A stretch of DNA of 64,000 bases from NCBI RefSeq assembly GCF_056746865.1, contig NZ_CM163382.1; one strand, written 5' to 3'. Below, in pieces: positions 13,366 to 22,845 of the stretch. The notes under the pieces were generated by a model, which saw nothing but the letters and a program-made list of their open reading frames with translations, was not told the DNA's origin and did not search any database. How positions within the stretch are numbered: the stretch's first letter is position 1; each line of letters begins with the position of its first letter. The translations under genes and the position numbers were made by a program.

Positions 13366-14229
13366 ATGATCCGCAGTATGACCGCCTACGCCCGGCGTGA
13401 AATCAAGGGTGAATGGGGGAGCGCAACCTGGGAAATGCGCTCGGTAAACCAGCGTTATCTGGAAACTTACTTTCGTCTGCCGGAGCAGTTCCGTAGCCTT
13501 GAACCTGTCGTTCGCGAGCGTATTCGTTCTCGCCTGACGCGCGGTAAAGTGGAATGTACCCTGCGCTATGAACCAGATGTTAGCGCACAAGGTGAGCTGA
13601 TCCTCAACGAAAAACTGGCTAAACAGCTGGTAACTGCCGCGAACTGGGTAAAAATGCAGAGTGACGAAGGGGAAATCAACCCGGTTGATATTCTCCGCTG
13701 GCCGGGGGTAATGGCAGCCCAGGAGCAGGATCTCGACGCGATTACCGCTGAAATTCTCGCGGCGCTGGATGGTACGCTGGACGACTTTATCGTCGCACGC
13801 GAAACCGAAGGTCAGGCGCTGAAAGCATTGATCGAGCAGCGTCTGGAAGGCGTCACCGCCGAAGTGGTCAAAGTCCGCGCCCATATGCCGGAAATCCTGC
13901 AATGGCAGCGTGAGCGTCTGGTCGCGAAGCTGGAAGATGCTCAGGTGCAACTGGAAAACAACCGTCTGGAGCAGGAGTTGGTTCTGCTGGCACAACGAAT
14001 TGACGTTGCCGAAGAACTGGATCGCCTCGAAGCGCATGTCAAAGAGACCTACAACATTCTGAAGAAAAAAGAAGCGGTTGGTCGTCGTCTGGACTTTATG
14101 ATGCAGGAGTTCAACCGCGAGTCGAACACTCTTGCGTCGAAATCTATCAATGCCGAAGTGACGAATTCTGCCATCGAGCTGAAAGTGTTGATTGAGCAGA
14201 TGCGCGAGCAGATCCAGAATATCGAATAA
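13366..14229 (+). CDS. yicC: YicC-family stress-induced protein
   Basis: 287-aa ORF MIRSMTAYARREIKGEWGSATWEMRSVNQRYLE. Confidence 0.95.
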   Translation: MIRSMTAYARREIKGEWGSATWEMRSVNQRYLETYFRLPEQFRSLEPVVRERIRSRLTRGKVECTLRYEPDVSAQGELILNEKLAKQLVTAANWVKMQSDEGEINPVDILRWPGVMAAQEQDLDAITAEILAALDGTLDDFIVARETEGQALKALIEQRLEGVTAEVVKVRAHMPEILQWQRERLVAKLEDAQVQLENNRLEQELVLLAQRIDVAEELDRLEAHVKETYNILKKKEAVGRRLDFMMQEFNRESNTLASKSINAEVTNSAIELKVLIEQMREQIQNIE

Positions 14230-14265
14230 GCTATCAGTAAAAATCACCAAGCAGCAAAAAACCAC

Positions 14266-14294
14266 AAAGCCCGCGAAATGTCGGGCTTTTTTGT
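14266..14294 (+). terminator. rho-independent terminator after yicC
   Basis: agcccgcgaaatgtcgggc stem followed by tttttt. Confidence 0.6.
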
Positions 14295-14336
14295 TATCAT
14301 GAGCTATCATAACGACGCAACAAAGCGCACAATATG

Positions 14337-14360
14337 CGTGTACATAGAGGTGTACATAAT
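14337..14360. repeat. left boundary direct repeat of the island (putative attL): cgtgtacatagaggtgtacataat
   Basis: 22 of 24 identical to 35327-35350; flanked by further TGTACA palindromes at 14365-14390. Confidence 0.6.
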
Positions 14361-14417
14361 GACTTTCATGTACATTGCTTTATGTACACACCCATATTCG
14401 ATATTCAGGTATTCGCA

Positions 14418-15677
14418 ATGCCAAAACTCACAGATATGCAGATCCGCGCATGGATAAAGGCGGGAGACAGATTTGATGGCAAGGCAGACGGCAACGGCCT
14501 TTATATTTGCTACCCCAAAAACTACACAGTCCCGTTCTGGCGATTCCGCTATAAGCTCGCAGGAAAGCAGCGGGCTATGGTTATAGGCTCTTACTCCGAA
14601 CTGTCACTATCAAAAGCCAGAGAAACAGCAAAAGAGCTGTCAGCCAGAGTTGCTCTTGGCTATGACGTAGCAGCAGAGAAACAGGAACGAAAAGCTGAAG
14701 CACTGGCAAAAATGGAGGCTGAGAAAAACGCCATGCGTGTTTCAGATCTGGCCTCCGAATACTTCGAGCGCCAGATACTTCCGAGATGGAAACATCCCGA
14801 TATCCTTCGCCGGAGAATTGATAAGGATATTAACCCCTGCATTGGGCATATGAAGGTGGAGGACGTTAAGCCACGCCACATTGACGACATGTTGAAAGGT
14901 ATCGTTGACCGAGGAGCACCAACGATAGCAACAGATGTATTACGCTGGACACGCCGTATCTTTGACTATGGGATAAAACGCCATGCTCTGGAGATAAACC
15001 CTTGTTCAGCGTTTGAAGTATCTGATGCTGGTGGTAAAGAGGTTTCCCGCGACCGTTGGCTAACTCGCGATGAGCTTATCAGGCTATTCGAGGCTATGCG
15101 CACCGCAAAAGGATTCAGCCGCCAAAACGAACTGACATTTAAGCTATTGCTGGCACTATGCGTTCGTAAGATGGAGTTATGCGCCGCACGATGGGAAGAG
15201 TTTGATTTAGATAGTGCTGTATGGCATTTGCCGGAAGAACGCAGCAAAAACGGGGACCCTATTGATATACCTCTACCTTCTCCAGCCGTTGAATGGTTGA
15301 GAGAGCTACACACCTTTTCATGTAATAGCGCATGGGTGCTTCCAGCCAGGAAGATGCAAAACAGAATGATCCCACATATTCAGGAAAGCACTTTACCCGT
15401 AGCACTGGCTAAGGTTCGCGCCGAAATGCCGGATGTGCCTAATTTCACGATTCACGACTTCCGACGCACCGCACGTACTCATTTAGCAGCGTTGGGTGTT
15501 GATCCTGTTGTGGCGGAACGATGCCTCAATCATCGCATTAAGGGCGTAGAGGGGATTTATAACCGCCATCAGTATTTTAATGAGCGTAAAGCAGCACTGG
15601 CACAGTGGGCTGATCTGCTGGTGGCACTGGAAAGCGGAAAAGACTACAACGTAACGCCTCTCAGAAGGGCGAACTAA
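14418..15677 (+). CDS. int: tyrosine recombinase, P4/CP4-57 integrase family
   Basis: MPKLTDMQIRAWIKAGDRFDGKADGNGLYICYPKN... with C-terminal HDFRRTARTHL...NHR...IYNRHQY catalytic region; 419 aa. Confidence 0.9.
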   Translation: MPKLTDMQIRAWIKAGDRFDGKADGNGLYICYPKNYTVPFWRFRYKLAGKQRAMVIGSYSELSLSKARETAKELSARVALGYDVAAEKQERKAEALAKMEAEKNAMRVSDLASEYFERQILPRWKHPDILRRRIDKDINPCIGHMKVEDVKPRHIDDMLKGIVDRGAPTIATDVLRWTRRIFDYGIKRHALEINPCSAFEVSDAGGKEVSRDRWLTRDELIRLFEAMRTAKGFSRQNELTFKLLLALCVRKMELCAARWEEFDLDSAVWHLPEERSKNGDPIDIPLPSPAVEWLRELHTFSCNSAWVLPARKMQNRMIPHIQESTLPVALAKVRAEMPDVPNFTIHDFRRTARTHLAALGVDPVVAERCLNHRIKGVEGIYNRHQYFNERKAALAQWADLLVALESGKDYNVTPLRRAN

Positions 15678-15902
15678 CTGAATAGATTGAGCCTAGCTCG
15701 ACGGGGCGAAAAGCGGGAAGCCTTACCGCCTGGCTCAATCACAAAATAAGGCGCAGCGTAAAAGGTGACGCAATGAACGACTCTCATGAAACAACTGCGG
15801 TGCATAGAAATTAGACTGGCCCCCTGAATCTCCAGACAACCAATATCACTTAAATAAGTGATAGTCTTAATACTAGTTTTTAGACTAGTCATTGGAGAGC
15901 AG

Positions 15903-16268
15903 ATGATTGATGTCTTAGGACCGGAGAAACGCAGACGGCGTACTACACAGGAAAAGATCGCTATTGTTCAGCAGAGTTTTGAACCGGGAATGACGGTCTC
16001 CCTTGTTGCCCGGCAACACGGTGTGGCAGCCAGCCAGTTATTTCTCTGGCGCAAGCAATACCAGGAGGGAAGTCTTACTGCTGTGGCCGCAGGAGAGCAG
16101 GTCGTTCCTGCCTCTGAACTTGCTGCTGCCATGAAGCAGATTAAAGAACTCCAGCGCCTGCTCGGCAAAAAAACGATGGAAAATGAACTCCTTAAAGAAG
16201 CCGTTGAATACGGGCGTGCAAAAAAGTGGATAGCGCACGCGCCCTTATTGCCCGGGGATGGGGAGTAA
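15903..16268 (+). CDS. insC: IS2 transposase OrfA (InsC)
   Basis: [53 protein letters not shown] matches IS2 InsC. Confidence 0.9.
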
Positions 16269-17131
16269 GCTTAGTCAGCCGTTGTCTCCGGGTGTCGCGT
16301 GCGCAGTTGCACGTCATTCTCAGACGAACCGATGACTGGAAAGATGGTCGCCGCAGCCGTCACTCAGATGATACGGATGTGCTTCTCCGTATACACCATG
16401 TTATCGGAGAGCTGCCCACGTATGGTTATCGTCGGGTATGGGCGCTGCTTCGCAGACAGGCCGAACTTGATGGTATGCCTGCGATCAATGCCAAACGTGT
16501 TTACCGGATCATGCGCCAGAATGCGCTGTTGCTTGAGCGAAAAACCGCTGTACCGCCATCGAAACGGGCACATACTGGCAAAGTGGCCGTGAAAGAAAGC
16601 AATCAACGATGGTGCTCTGACGGGTTCGAGTTCCGCTGTGATAACGGAGAAAAACTGCGAGTCACGTTCGCGCTGGACTGCTGTGACCGTGAGGCACTGC
16701 ACTGGGCAGTCACTACGGGCGGCTTCGACAGTGAAACAGTACAGGACGTAATGCTGGGAGCGGTGGAACGCCGCTTCGGCAACGAGCTTCCGGCGTCTCC
16801 AGTAGAGTGGCTGACGGATAATGGTTCATGCTACCGGGCTAATGAAACACGGCAGTTTGCCCGGATGTTGGGGCTTGAACCGAAGAACACGGCGGTGCGG
16901 AGTCCGGAGAGTAACGGCATAGCAGAGAGCTTCGTGAAAACGATAAAGCGTGACTACATCAGTATCATGCCTAAACCAGACGGGTTAACGGCAGCAAAGA
17001 ACCTTGCAGAGGCGTTCGAGCATTATAACGAATGGCATCCGCATAGTGCACTGGGTTATCGCTCGCCACGGGAATATCTACGGCAGCGGGCCAGTAATGG
17101 GTTAAGTGATAACAGGTGTCTGGAAATATAG
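16226..17131 (+). CDS. insD: IS2 transposase OrfB (InsD), DDE integrase domain
   Basis: 301-aa ORF overlapping insC in another frame, as in IS3-family frameshifted transposases. Confidence 0.9.
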
Positions 17132-18090
17132 GGGCAAATCCAGAAATTTATGGCAGGAATCAGGTATTCCACCTTTGGACTACTGCACGATAGAGCGAGC
17201 ATCAAAATTATTAAATTGTGAAATTGATGATATATGGCATTGGAAAGATAGACTACATATAGACTTTTATGTCTATGCTGACTTTCTTGATTTCATTGAA
17301 GCTGATGCCACCATCCACTTCAAAAAAGATGCTGATTTTATAACTGATTTATTACTTATGTACCCAGAAGAAGTAAGGTTTACATTTCCTTTTCTTATTA
17401 CCAGCGCAAGCAACGAAGTTTATATCCCAGCATCTGAAAGCGGTGCTTATGAGCTATTTTATGCACATAAACCACTGACAGTTGAAGACAGAGACAATAA
17501 AAATGTTTTTGAACAAATTGGCAAAAACTCTTTTATTGTAAGAAAATCAATTGCATGTGGATTGTTGCGTGTACGCGGTAGTACAAAACGACATTATCAT
17601 TCACAAGAATGTGGAGAGCCATATGTGCGACTTGAAGCAACATTTGATTGTGATCTATATAAATTCAAAATGCAAAGTTCCCAGATTCACCTGAGTAGCC
17701 TGTCAGATAAAAACATTTATATAACAAAGGCTGATTTAGAATACCTTCACGACGCAAAGGTTAATGGAAGTTTTGACGCAGCTAAGAGCAAAAAACGATA
17801 CGAAATGGCGGTAGAACAGGAACTAATACCTGAAATAAAAAATAGCAACCATAATGCCGAGAGACATGCTGAAAACAGGGAAAAACTTTTCAAATCAGCA
17901 ATATATCTTTTGTCAAAGTATCCTGATGAATGCCGTGGCAAAAAGAAAGAAATAAGCCCTGAGAAGTGGCGGGATTGCATAGTGGCTCATAAAGACGAAA
18001 TTCCACCGTTAGCAATCACAAATGAAGATGTGATTTTGAGACACTTACGTGCTGCCGCCAACGGTAAGGGGTAGAGTAGCTAACTATTCA

Positions 18091-18117
18091 GGCACAGTAT
18101 CATTACTGTGCCTTTTT
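18091..18117 (+). terminator. rho-independent terminator after the orphan gene
   Basis: ggcacagta-tcat-tactgtgcc stem followed by ttttt. Confidence 0.5.
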
Positions 18118-18188
18118 ATTGTTCATATATGTACAGATACTTCCTCCCGTAACGAAGCAACAACTATCGCTAAGAGGTTACGGGAAGC

Positions 18189-18392
18189 ATGAACACCGAC
18201 ACTATTCCTACAAAAGGCTATATCAGACGCTTCCGCCTGGCTGAATTGCTGGGCGTTAGTGTATCCACCATCGACCGTAAAGTAAGAAACGGTTCACTAC
18301 CACGTCCGGTAAAGCTGGGAGAAAAAATAACTGCGTTTGATGCGGTTGAGATTCACAACTGGCTGGCAGAACGCCGCGGGAAGGTGGTCTGA
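18189..18392 (+). CDS. alpA: AlpA/Vis-family excisionase-like transcriptional regulator
   Basis: 67 aa; RFRLAELLGVSVSTIDRKVRNGSLPRPVKLGEK...WL pattern typical of AlpA. Confidence 0.85.
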   Translation: MNTDTIPTKGYIRRFRLAELLGVSVSTIDRKVRNGSLPRPVKLGEKITAFDAVEIHNWLAERRGKVV

Positions 18393-18823
18393 TGGAAAAG
18401 AAAAACCGCCCATTACAGGCGGCTAATTCAGATATTCGCGTATCTGATGTTACGCCCCTTACAAAATCCCTTCAAGCACCAAAGCGCACACCGAAAAAGC
18501 ATCGTGCCAGAGTCTATATGCTGCGTACTGGTATAGAGGGATGGACAGAAAATGACATTCTTCGCTACTGCCGTCTGTCTTCTGGTCGTAACTATGCAAC
18601 AGAGTTAGAACGCCAGCTTGGAATCACTCTGGAGCGTATCGACGAAAAGAATCCTGATGGTATCGGAACACACCTTCGCTACCGTTTCTCCTGCCGTGGT
18701 GATGTTCTGAAAGTGATCACTCATGTTAACCATCTTGCGAGCATAAATGATCACAACGGACTTTCTCAGCAGGAAATTGCCGACATTCTGAAACTCTACC
18801 CGGACGCGTTTAACGCCGCCTAA
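18392..18823 (+). CDS. hypothetical protein (143 aa)
   Basis: ORF start overlaps the alpA stop (ATGA); no recognisable motif. Confidence 0.6.
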   Translation: MEKKNRPLQAANSDIRVSDVTPLTKSLQAPKRTPKKHRARVYMLRTGIEGWTENDILRYCRLSSGRNYATELERQLGITLERIDEKNPDGIGTHLRYRFSCRGDVLKVITHVNHLASINDHNGLSQQEIADILKLYPDAFNAA

Positions 18824-18835
18824 CGGAGACTGAAA

Positions 18836-19669
18836 ATGAACATCGAAAAAAGCAGATTAATTTCTGAGGCCGCCCCTCATCTGAACGCCTCTCTGGGCAC
18901 AATTAACGGTAATGAATTTGCCGCAATTGTCCCGGTTATTCCTGGTCATATCGGTGGGCGTGAAACCAATATTGTTAGCGCAAAAGCGTTACACAAAGCG
19001 TTGGGCGTGGGAAAAGACTTCTCTACATGGATCACTGATCGCATCTCTGAATATGACTTCACCATTGGGCACGATTACTCAGTCCATAAAACAATTTCCC
19101 CAAATTTGGGGAAAAGCCCGAATGGCGCGGCTTACAGCAAGATTAAGCAGTCTGGCAGACCCGGCAAAGACTATCTGTTAAGTGTCGGAATGGCGAAAGA
19201 ACTGGCAATGATCGAACGCAATGATCAGGGTCGCGCTATCCGTCGTTATTTCATCCAGTGCGAGGAAGAATTACAGCGTAGCGTGCCTGAAATCGCCGCC
19301 CGCTATCGTCGCCAGCTAAAAGCCCGTATCAGTGCCGCAAACAACTTTAAGCCAATGTGCGATGCGCTGAATATGGCCCGTGCCGAGCAGGGGAAAACGA
19401 CGCAGCAACACCACTACACAAACGAGAGCAATATGATTTCTCGTATCGTTCTTGGTGGGCTAACTGCTAAGCAGTGGGCGCGGATAAATGGCTATTCTGG
19501 CGAACCTCGCGACCATATGAACGCAGAACAACTTGAGCACCTCTCATATCTCGAAAGCACCAATATCACGTTAATTGATATGGGCATGGAATATGAGCAG
19601 CGCAAAGGAGAACTCACCCGCCTGTCGCAACGCTGGCTCGCCAAGCGTCTGGAGGCGGTCCATGTTTAA
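18836..19669 (+). CDS. phage antirepressor-like protein (KilA-C/Ant-type C-terminal region)
   Basis: 277 aa; C-terminal segment ...GRAIRRYFIQCEEELQ resembles antirepressor proteins; assignment from memory. Confidence 0.55.
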   Translation: MNIEKSRLISEAAPHLNASLGTINGNEFAAIVPVIPGHIGGRETNIVSAKALHKALGVGKDFSTWITDRISEYDFTIGHDYSVHKTISPNLGKSPNGAAYSKIKQSGRPGKDYLLSVGMAKELAMIERNDQGRAIRRYFIQCEEELQRSVPEIAARYRRQLKARISAANNFKPMCDALNMARAEQGKTTQQHHYTNESNMISRIVLGGLTAKQWARINGYSGEPRDHMNAEQLEHLSYLESTNITLIDMGMEYEQRKGELTRLSQRWLAKRLEAVHV

Positions 19670-19837
19670 GCCGACAGGAACACCACAACCTCAAAAACGC
19701 TACAAAGATGCCCACGGAGCACTCGTTACTGTCGAAAGCGTGTCTCACAACCGAGTGACGTTTTATCGCGACGGGTATCAATCGCCATGCGTACAACCGC
19801 TGGCGCGCTTCATGAAGGAGTTCGCGGAGGTTAACAA

Positions 19838-20869
19838 ATGCTAACCGTCCAGAAGAAGATATTTTCACTGACTGCTATGTTGCAAAAATCCAGCAATATG
19901 ACAGCAAAGTCTGGCATTAATACAGCAGATACAAGCAAAGCTTATCATTTTATGGTGGTAGGAGCGGATGCCTTAACTATGTCAGAAATTACGGTCGATG
20001 GTGTTAGCGTTGAGAAGGTCAGCGGCTGCGCCAGAGAATTTCTGGTCGTAGATGGCTTTCTCTTCTCGCGTAGTGACTCCACAAAAACCTTCGTCCATGC
20101 GCGTGACGTTAACGAAATGAGCGCGATGTACTGTGCATCTGGTGCTTCCAATAGCGAGTTTTCGGAGTCCATAAAAAAGAGCTTGCCGTTATGCGGCAAC
20201 ACGGTTTATGGTTATAAGGCACCTCATAAAACGGGTGCCGGGATTGGCCTCCCGCTGGAGTTATCGGCGATACATGACGCGCCAGCGTCTTTTTTTGTAT
20301 CGGCGCACACGCACACCTTATCAATGGTGGGCTGTATGGGGCTACCTTCGGGTAGGCTGGTTTCCGATAACGCCAGTAAGGCCAACTCCGTACAGTCCAC
20401 CGCCAGCAAGATTGGTCTCTTCTGCGGTGGTTATAACAAGCCAACGTTATCGGAGGATGCCACATGCTGGCTACTACCCCTACCCAAAAACCGCAATTTA
20501 TCTGGATTATCGCCGCAGTTCGCCGCGATTGCCCGACAATTACCGCCAAAATTCATCATATTGCTGCCGAGTCTGAACGTGATGCTCGCCGTTCTCTGGT
20601 GCGCGATCACGTCTGCTTTTTTGCTGGTCGTATCCGCATGGAGGTGGCTCATGATTAAAACCTACGATGTGCATATGGATCCCCTCGAACGCACAAGCCA
20701 GATCATCACACTGACAGAAGTGATTAACGACATTCTGGTGAGCAACTCTCCCTCACGAGACGAAAGACTGAAGGCGTTACTCGCGATATTGGATCTCGCC
20801 GTTCGTGACGTTCATTTCCTGCTGGAAGGTGGCGAAATGCCAGTAAAAACGGGGGCAACCAATGAATAA
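19838..20869 (+). CDS. hypothetical ORF (343 aa as read; may instead be two or three small genes)
   Basis: Long open frame, but an alternative-frame small ORF 20464-20658 has a GGAGGA SD and an in-frame internal start MIKTYD at ~20654 has a GGAGG SD; gene structure unresolved. Confidence 0.3.
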   Translation: MLTVQKKIFSLTAMLQKSSNMTAKSGINTADTSKAYHFMVVGADALTMSEITVDGVSVEKVSGCAREFLVVDGFLFSRSDSTKTFVHARDVNEMSAMYCASGASNSEFSESIKKSLPLCGNTVYGYKAPHKTGAGIGLPLELSAIHDAPASFFVSAHTHTLSMVGCMGLPSGRLVSDNASKANSVQSTASKIGLFCGGYNKPTLSEDATCWLLPLPKNRNLSGLSPQFAAIARQLPPKFIILLPSLNVMLAVLWCAITSAFLLVVSAWRWLMIKTYDVHMDPLERTSQIITLTEVINDILVSNSPSRDERLKALLAILDLAVRDVHFLLEGGEMPVKTGATNE

Positions 20870-21056
20870 CTCAATTAATACCCCTCGCCTTACGTCCGCA
20901 CTTCAATTAATCGAGCAAGCAGCGGCTGTCCTGGTTGCTGTCAGTCTTTCGGCTGAAGAAATGGACGCTACTGATGTCGTGGATGCGATTAAAGCGTGCT
21001 CATCTTTGGTTAACGATGCCCGTGCAGAGCTGGTAATTCTTGGGGGTGAAAAATGA
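20862..21056 (+). CDS. hypothetical small protein (64 aa)
   Basis: Start overlaps the upstream stop; part of a co-directional overlapping ORF chain. Confidence 0.45.
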   Translation: MNNSINTPRLTSALQLIEQAAAVLVAVSLSAEEMDATDVVDAIKACSSLVNDARAELVILGGEK

Positions 21057-21316
21057 ATATCAACTTAATTTATCGTCATCCGTGTGAGCTGGAAATTGAA
21101 TCATTGCTGAGCCGTGAAGAGCCATATCCAGACACATTCACTCTTGCAGATCGCACGACTGAACGGCTTACCAGAGCGCGCACAGGTCTGGTTCATGTGA
21201 TGAATGAGATTCTTCCATCGGTGGGAGGGGAACAGGCGACAGTAATCACTAGCTGGCTACAAAAAGTTACCTCTCTGATAGATATCAGTTTAATCGATGC
21301 GGAGAGTGCGAAATGA
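21053..21316 (+). CDS. hypothetical small protein (87 aa)
   Basis: ATGA overlap with the upstream ORF. Confidence 0.5.
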   Translation: MNINLIYRHPCELEIESLLSREEPYPDTFTLADRTTERLTRARTGLVHVMNEILPSVGGEQATVITSWLQKVTSLIDISLIDAESAK

Positions 21317-21534
21317 CCAACATCCAGCTCATTGAAGCGCAATGTCGCATCGAACAGGTTCAGACTGTTTTAGGGTTCTGGCTTGAAGGGGCCAGCCCCA
21401 GCAACAGAGACAAGTTAATGATTGGCGCGGTTATGTCACTGCTCAATGGCGTACCAGAAGCTATTCAGGAAGCAGACGAATTGTTGGGCAAATATGAGTT
21501 ACAGAATCATTCAGGCGAGGCGAAACATGAATAA
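21313..21534 (+). CDS. hypothetical small protein (73 aa)
   Basis: ATGA overlap with the upstream ORF. Confidence 0.45.
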   Translation: MTNIQLIEAQCRIEQVQTVLGFWLEGASPSNRDKLMIGAVMSLLNGVPEAIQEADELLGKYELQNHSGEAKHE

Positions 21535-22129
21535 TTTCTTAACGTTCCATGCAGAAGCAACGCCTGACGGCGTAAACATCATGCACCGCAGCAACGATGG
21601 CATGACAGAACGCGTTGAGGCCGTCTCATATATTGATGCCGTAAATCGTCTGGATGACGGGGATTATGACGATAAACCAGATGAAGGTATGTCAATACAT
21701 CTCGCTATTGCCGATGGCGGCAACCAGGGATATTTCGATTACACATCACAGCATAACGTCATTATGTGGAGATGGCTGATCGCAACAGTATTCATGCTGG
21801 AAATGAGAGAGGAAAACGGCACTGTCAGCATCATTGATGATACTGGCAATCCTTCCGAAGTGGCTGTTTATTCCAACGGCATCGTCGCCATGCCGCTGTA
21901 TCCAGTAGCAGAGCGCCTCGCTATGGCAAACAACATTGAGGGCGCGATGATAGAACGTTTTGGCATCGAGTCTGGCACAGAACGCGCCATCATTTTCTAC
22001 AGAGCCATGATGGATGTGGAACAAGGAGCACTGACTCCATTTGGTCGTGAAACGCTTGCTGAACTTCACAACAGCTTTATAGCTGAACTGAATGAAAACG
22101 GCATGCCAGCGGAACCAGTGACGCACTAA
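21527..22129 (+). CDS. hypothetical protein (~201 aa, start at MNNFLTFHAE)
   Basis: Internal start overlapping the upstream stop; acidic protein. Confidence 0.55.
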   Translation: MNNFLTFHAEATPDGVNIMHRSNDGMTERVEAVSYIDAVNRLDDGDYDDKPDEGMSIHLAIADGGNQGYFDYTSQHNVIMWRWLIATVFMLEMREENGTVSIIDDTGNPSEVAVYSNGIVAMPLYPVAERLAMANNIEGAMIERFGIESGTERAIIFYRAMMDVEQGALTPFGRETLAELHNSFIAELNENGMPAEPVTH

Positions 22130-22139
22130 GGATGGAGCC

Positions 22140-22481
22140 ATGATTACTAAAAATTTCCGACTGAATGCGCTGGCAAATAAGTATGCGTCGGCACTGTATA
22201 ACCACATTACCTCCACCAGCGGCGGGGACTATTTCATGATTGATGCGGACGGAGAGGCCGTCCGTGTGGAAATCGTCAATGGAGTAAAAGGCGTTCGCAG
22301 CCTGATCGATAGTTACGCACTGGCAGCCATGAAAGTGTTCTACCCGCAGTGGGAAACCGTGGGGATCGAGCTTCTTGATCGTTGCGTCACTAAGGACGGA
22401 TTGACTGACGCCGGGCGTGAGATATGGCAAAGCATGGTTAATGACATGGGCGCAACTGTAGCGGGAGGTTCTCATGCGTGA
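22140..22481 (+). CDS. hypothetical protein (113 aa)
   Basis: Co-directional, closely spaced. Confidence 0.55.
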   Translation: MITKNFRLNALANKYASALYNHITSTSGGDYFMIDADGEAVRVEIVNGVKGVRSLIDSYALAAMKVFYPQWETVGIELLDRCVTKDGLTDAGREIWQSMVNDMGATVAGGSHA

Positions 22482-22845
22482 AAATGCAGAAATGGCGCTT
22501 AGCTCCGCAATCGGAGAGCAGGTGGCAAAGATTGCTGGTGCTGTGTGGATTCATAACCTTCATTCTACTGGTGAAGAGAAAATGGCAATTCAGACGCCAG
22601 AGGGACGCACCATTACTACATCTCTGAAGCCGTCAGATGTTTGTGATCTGATTTGCGCATTCATGTACCCAGCAATGAGGACTGTCCACGGCGATAAGTG
22701 GAAACTTGCGACAACCGCTGAATTTGATATGTGGCTAAACAATGATGGCATGCTGACTGATTACGGAATAACCAAGTGGCAGATGCTGGTTAGCCATATC
22801 GCAAACGCTATAGACCACGTGGGGTACGGTGATGCGAAACATTGA
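22474..22845 (+). CDS. hypothetical protein (123 aa)
   Basis: Overlaps neighbours at both ends. Confidence 0.55.
   Translation: MRENAEMALSSAIGEQVAKIAGAVWIHNLHSTGEEKMAIQTPEGRTITTSLKPSDVCDLICAFMYPAMRTVHGDKWKLATTAEFDMWLNNDGMLTDYGITKWQMLVSHIANAIDHVGYGDAKH

Larger units (their letters stand above)
15812..17142 (+). mobile_element. IS2 (IS3 family), 1331 bp, flanked by 5-bp target-site duplication GAAAT
   Basis: Ends tagactggccccctgaatctccagaca... and ...tgtctggaaatataggggcaaatcca; GAAAT at 15807-15811 and 17143-17147. Confidence 0.9.
15773..18074 (+). pseudogene. AT-rich orphan gene (~321 aa, unknown function) interrupted after codon 13 by IS2
   Basis: ATG at 15773 with aaggtg SD; removing IS2 and one copy of GAAAT restores one frame MNDSHETTAVHRN|LWQESGIPPLDYC...; own terminator at 18091-18117; low GC relative to neighbours (by eye). 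Confidence 0.7.

Noticed and set aside
20109-20549. 146-aa minus-strand ORF inside the 19838-20869 region
   Set aside because: Arg/Trp/Pro/Cys-rich translation, antisense to a co-directional plus-strand ORF chain; judged spurious, although the plus-strand gene structure there is itself unresolved.
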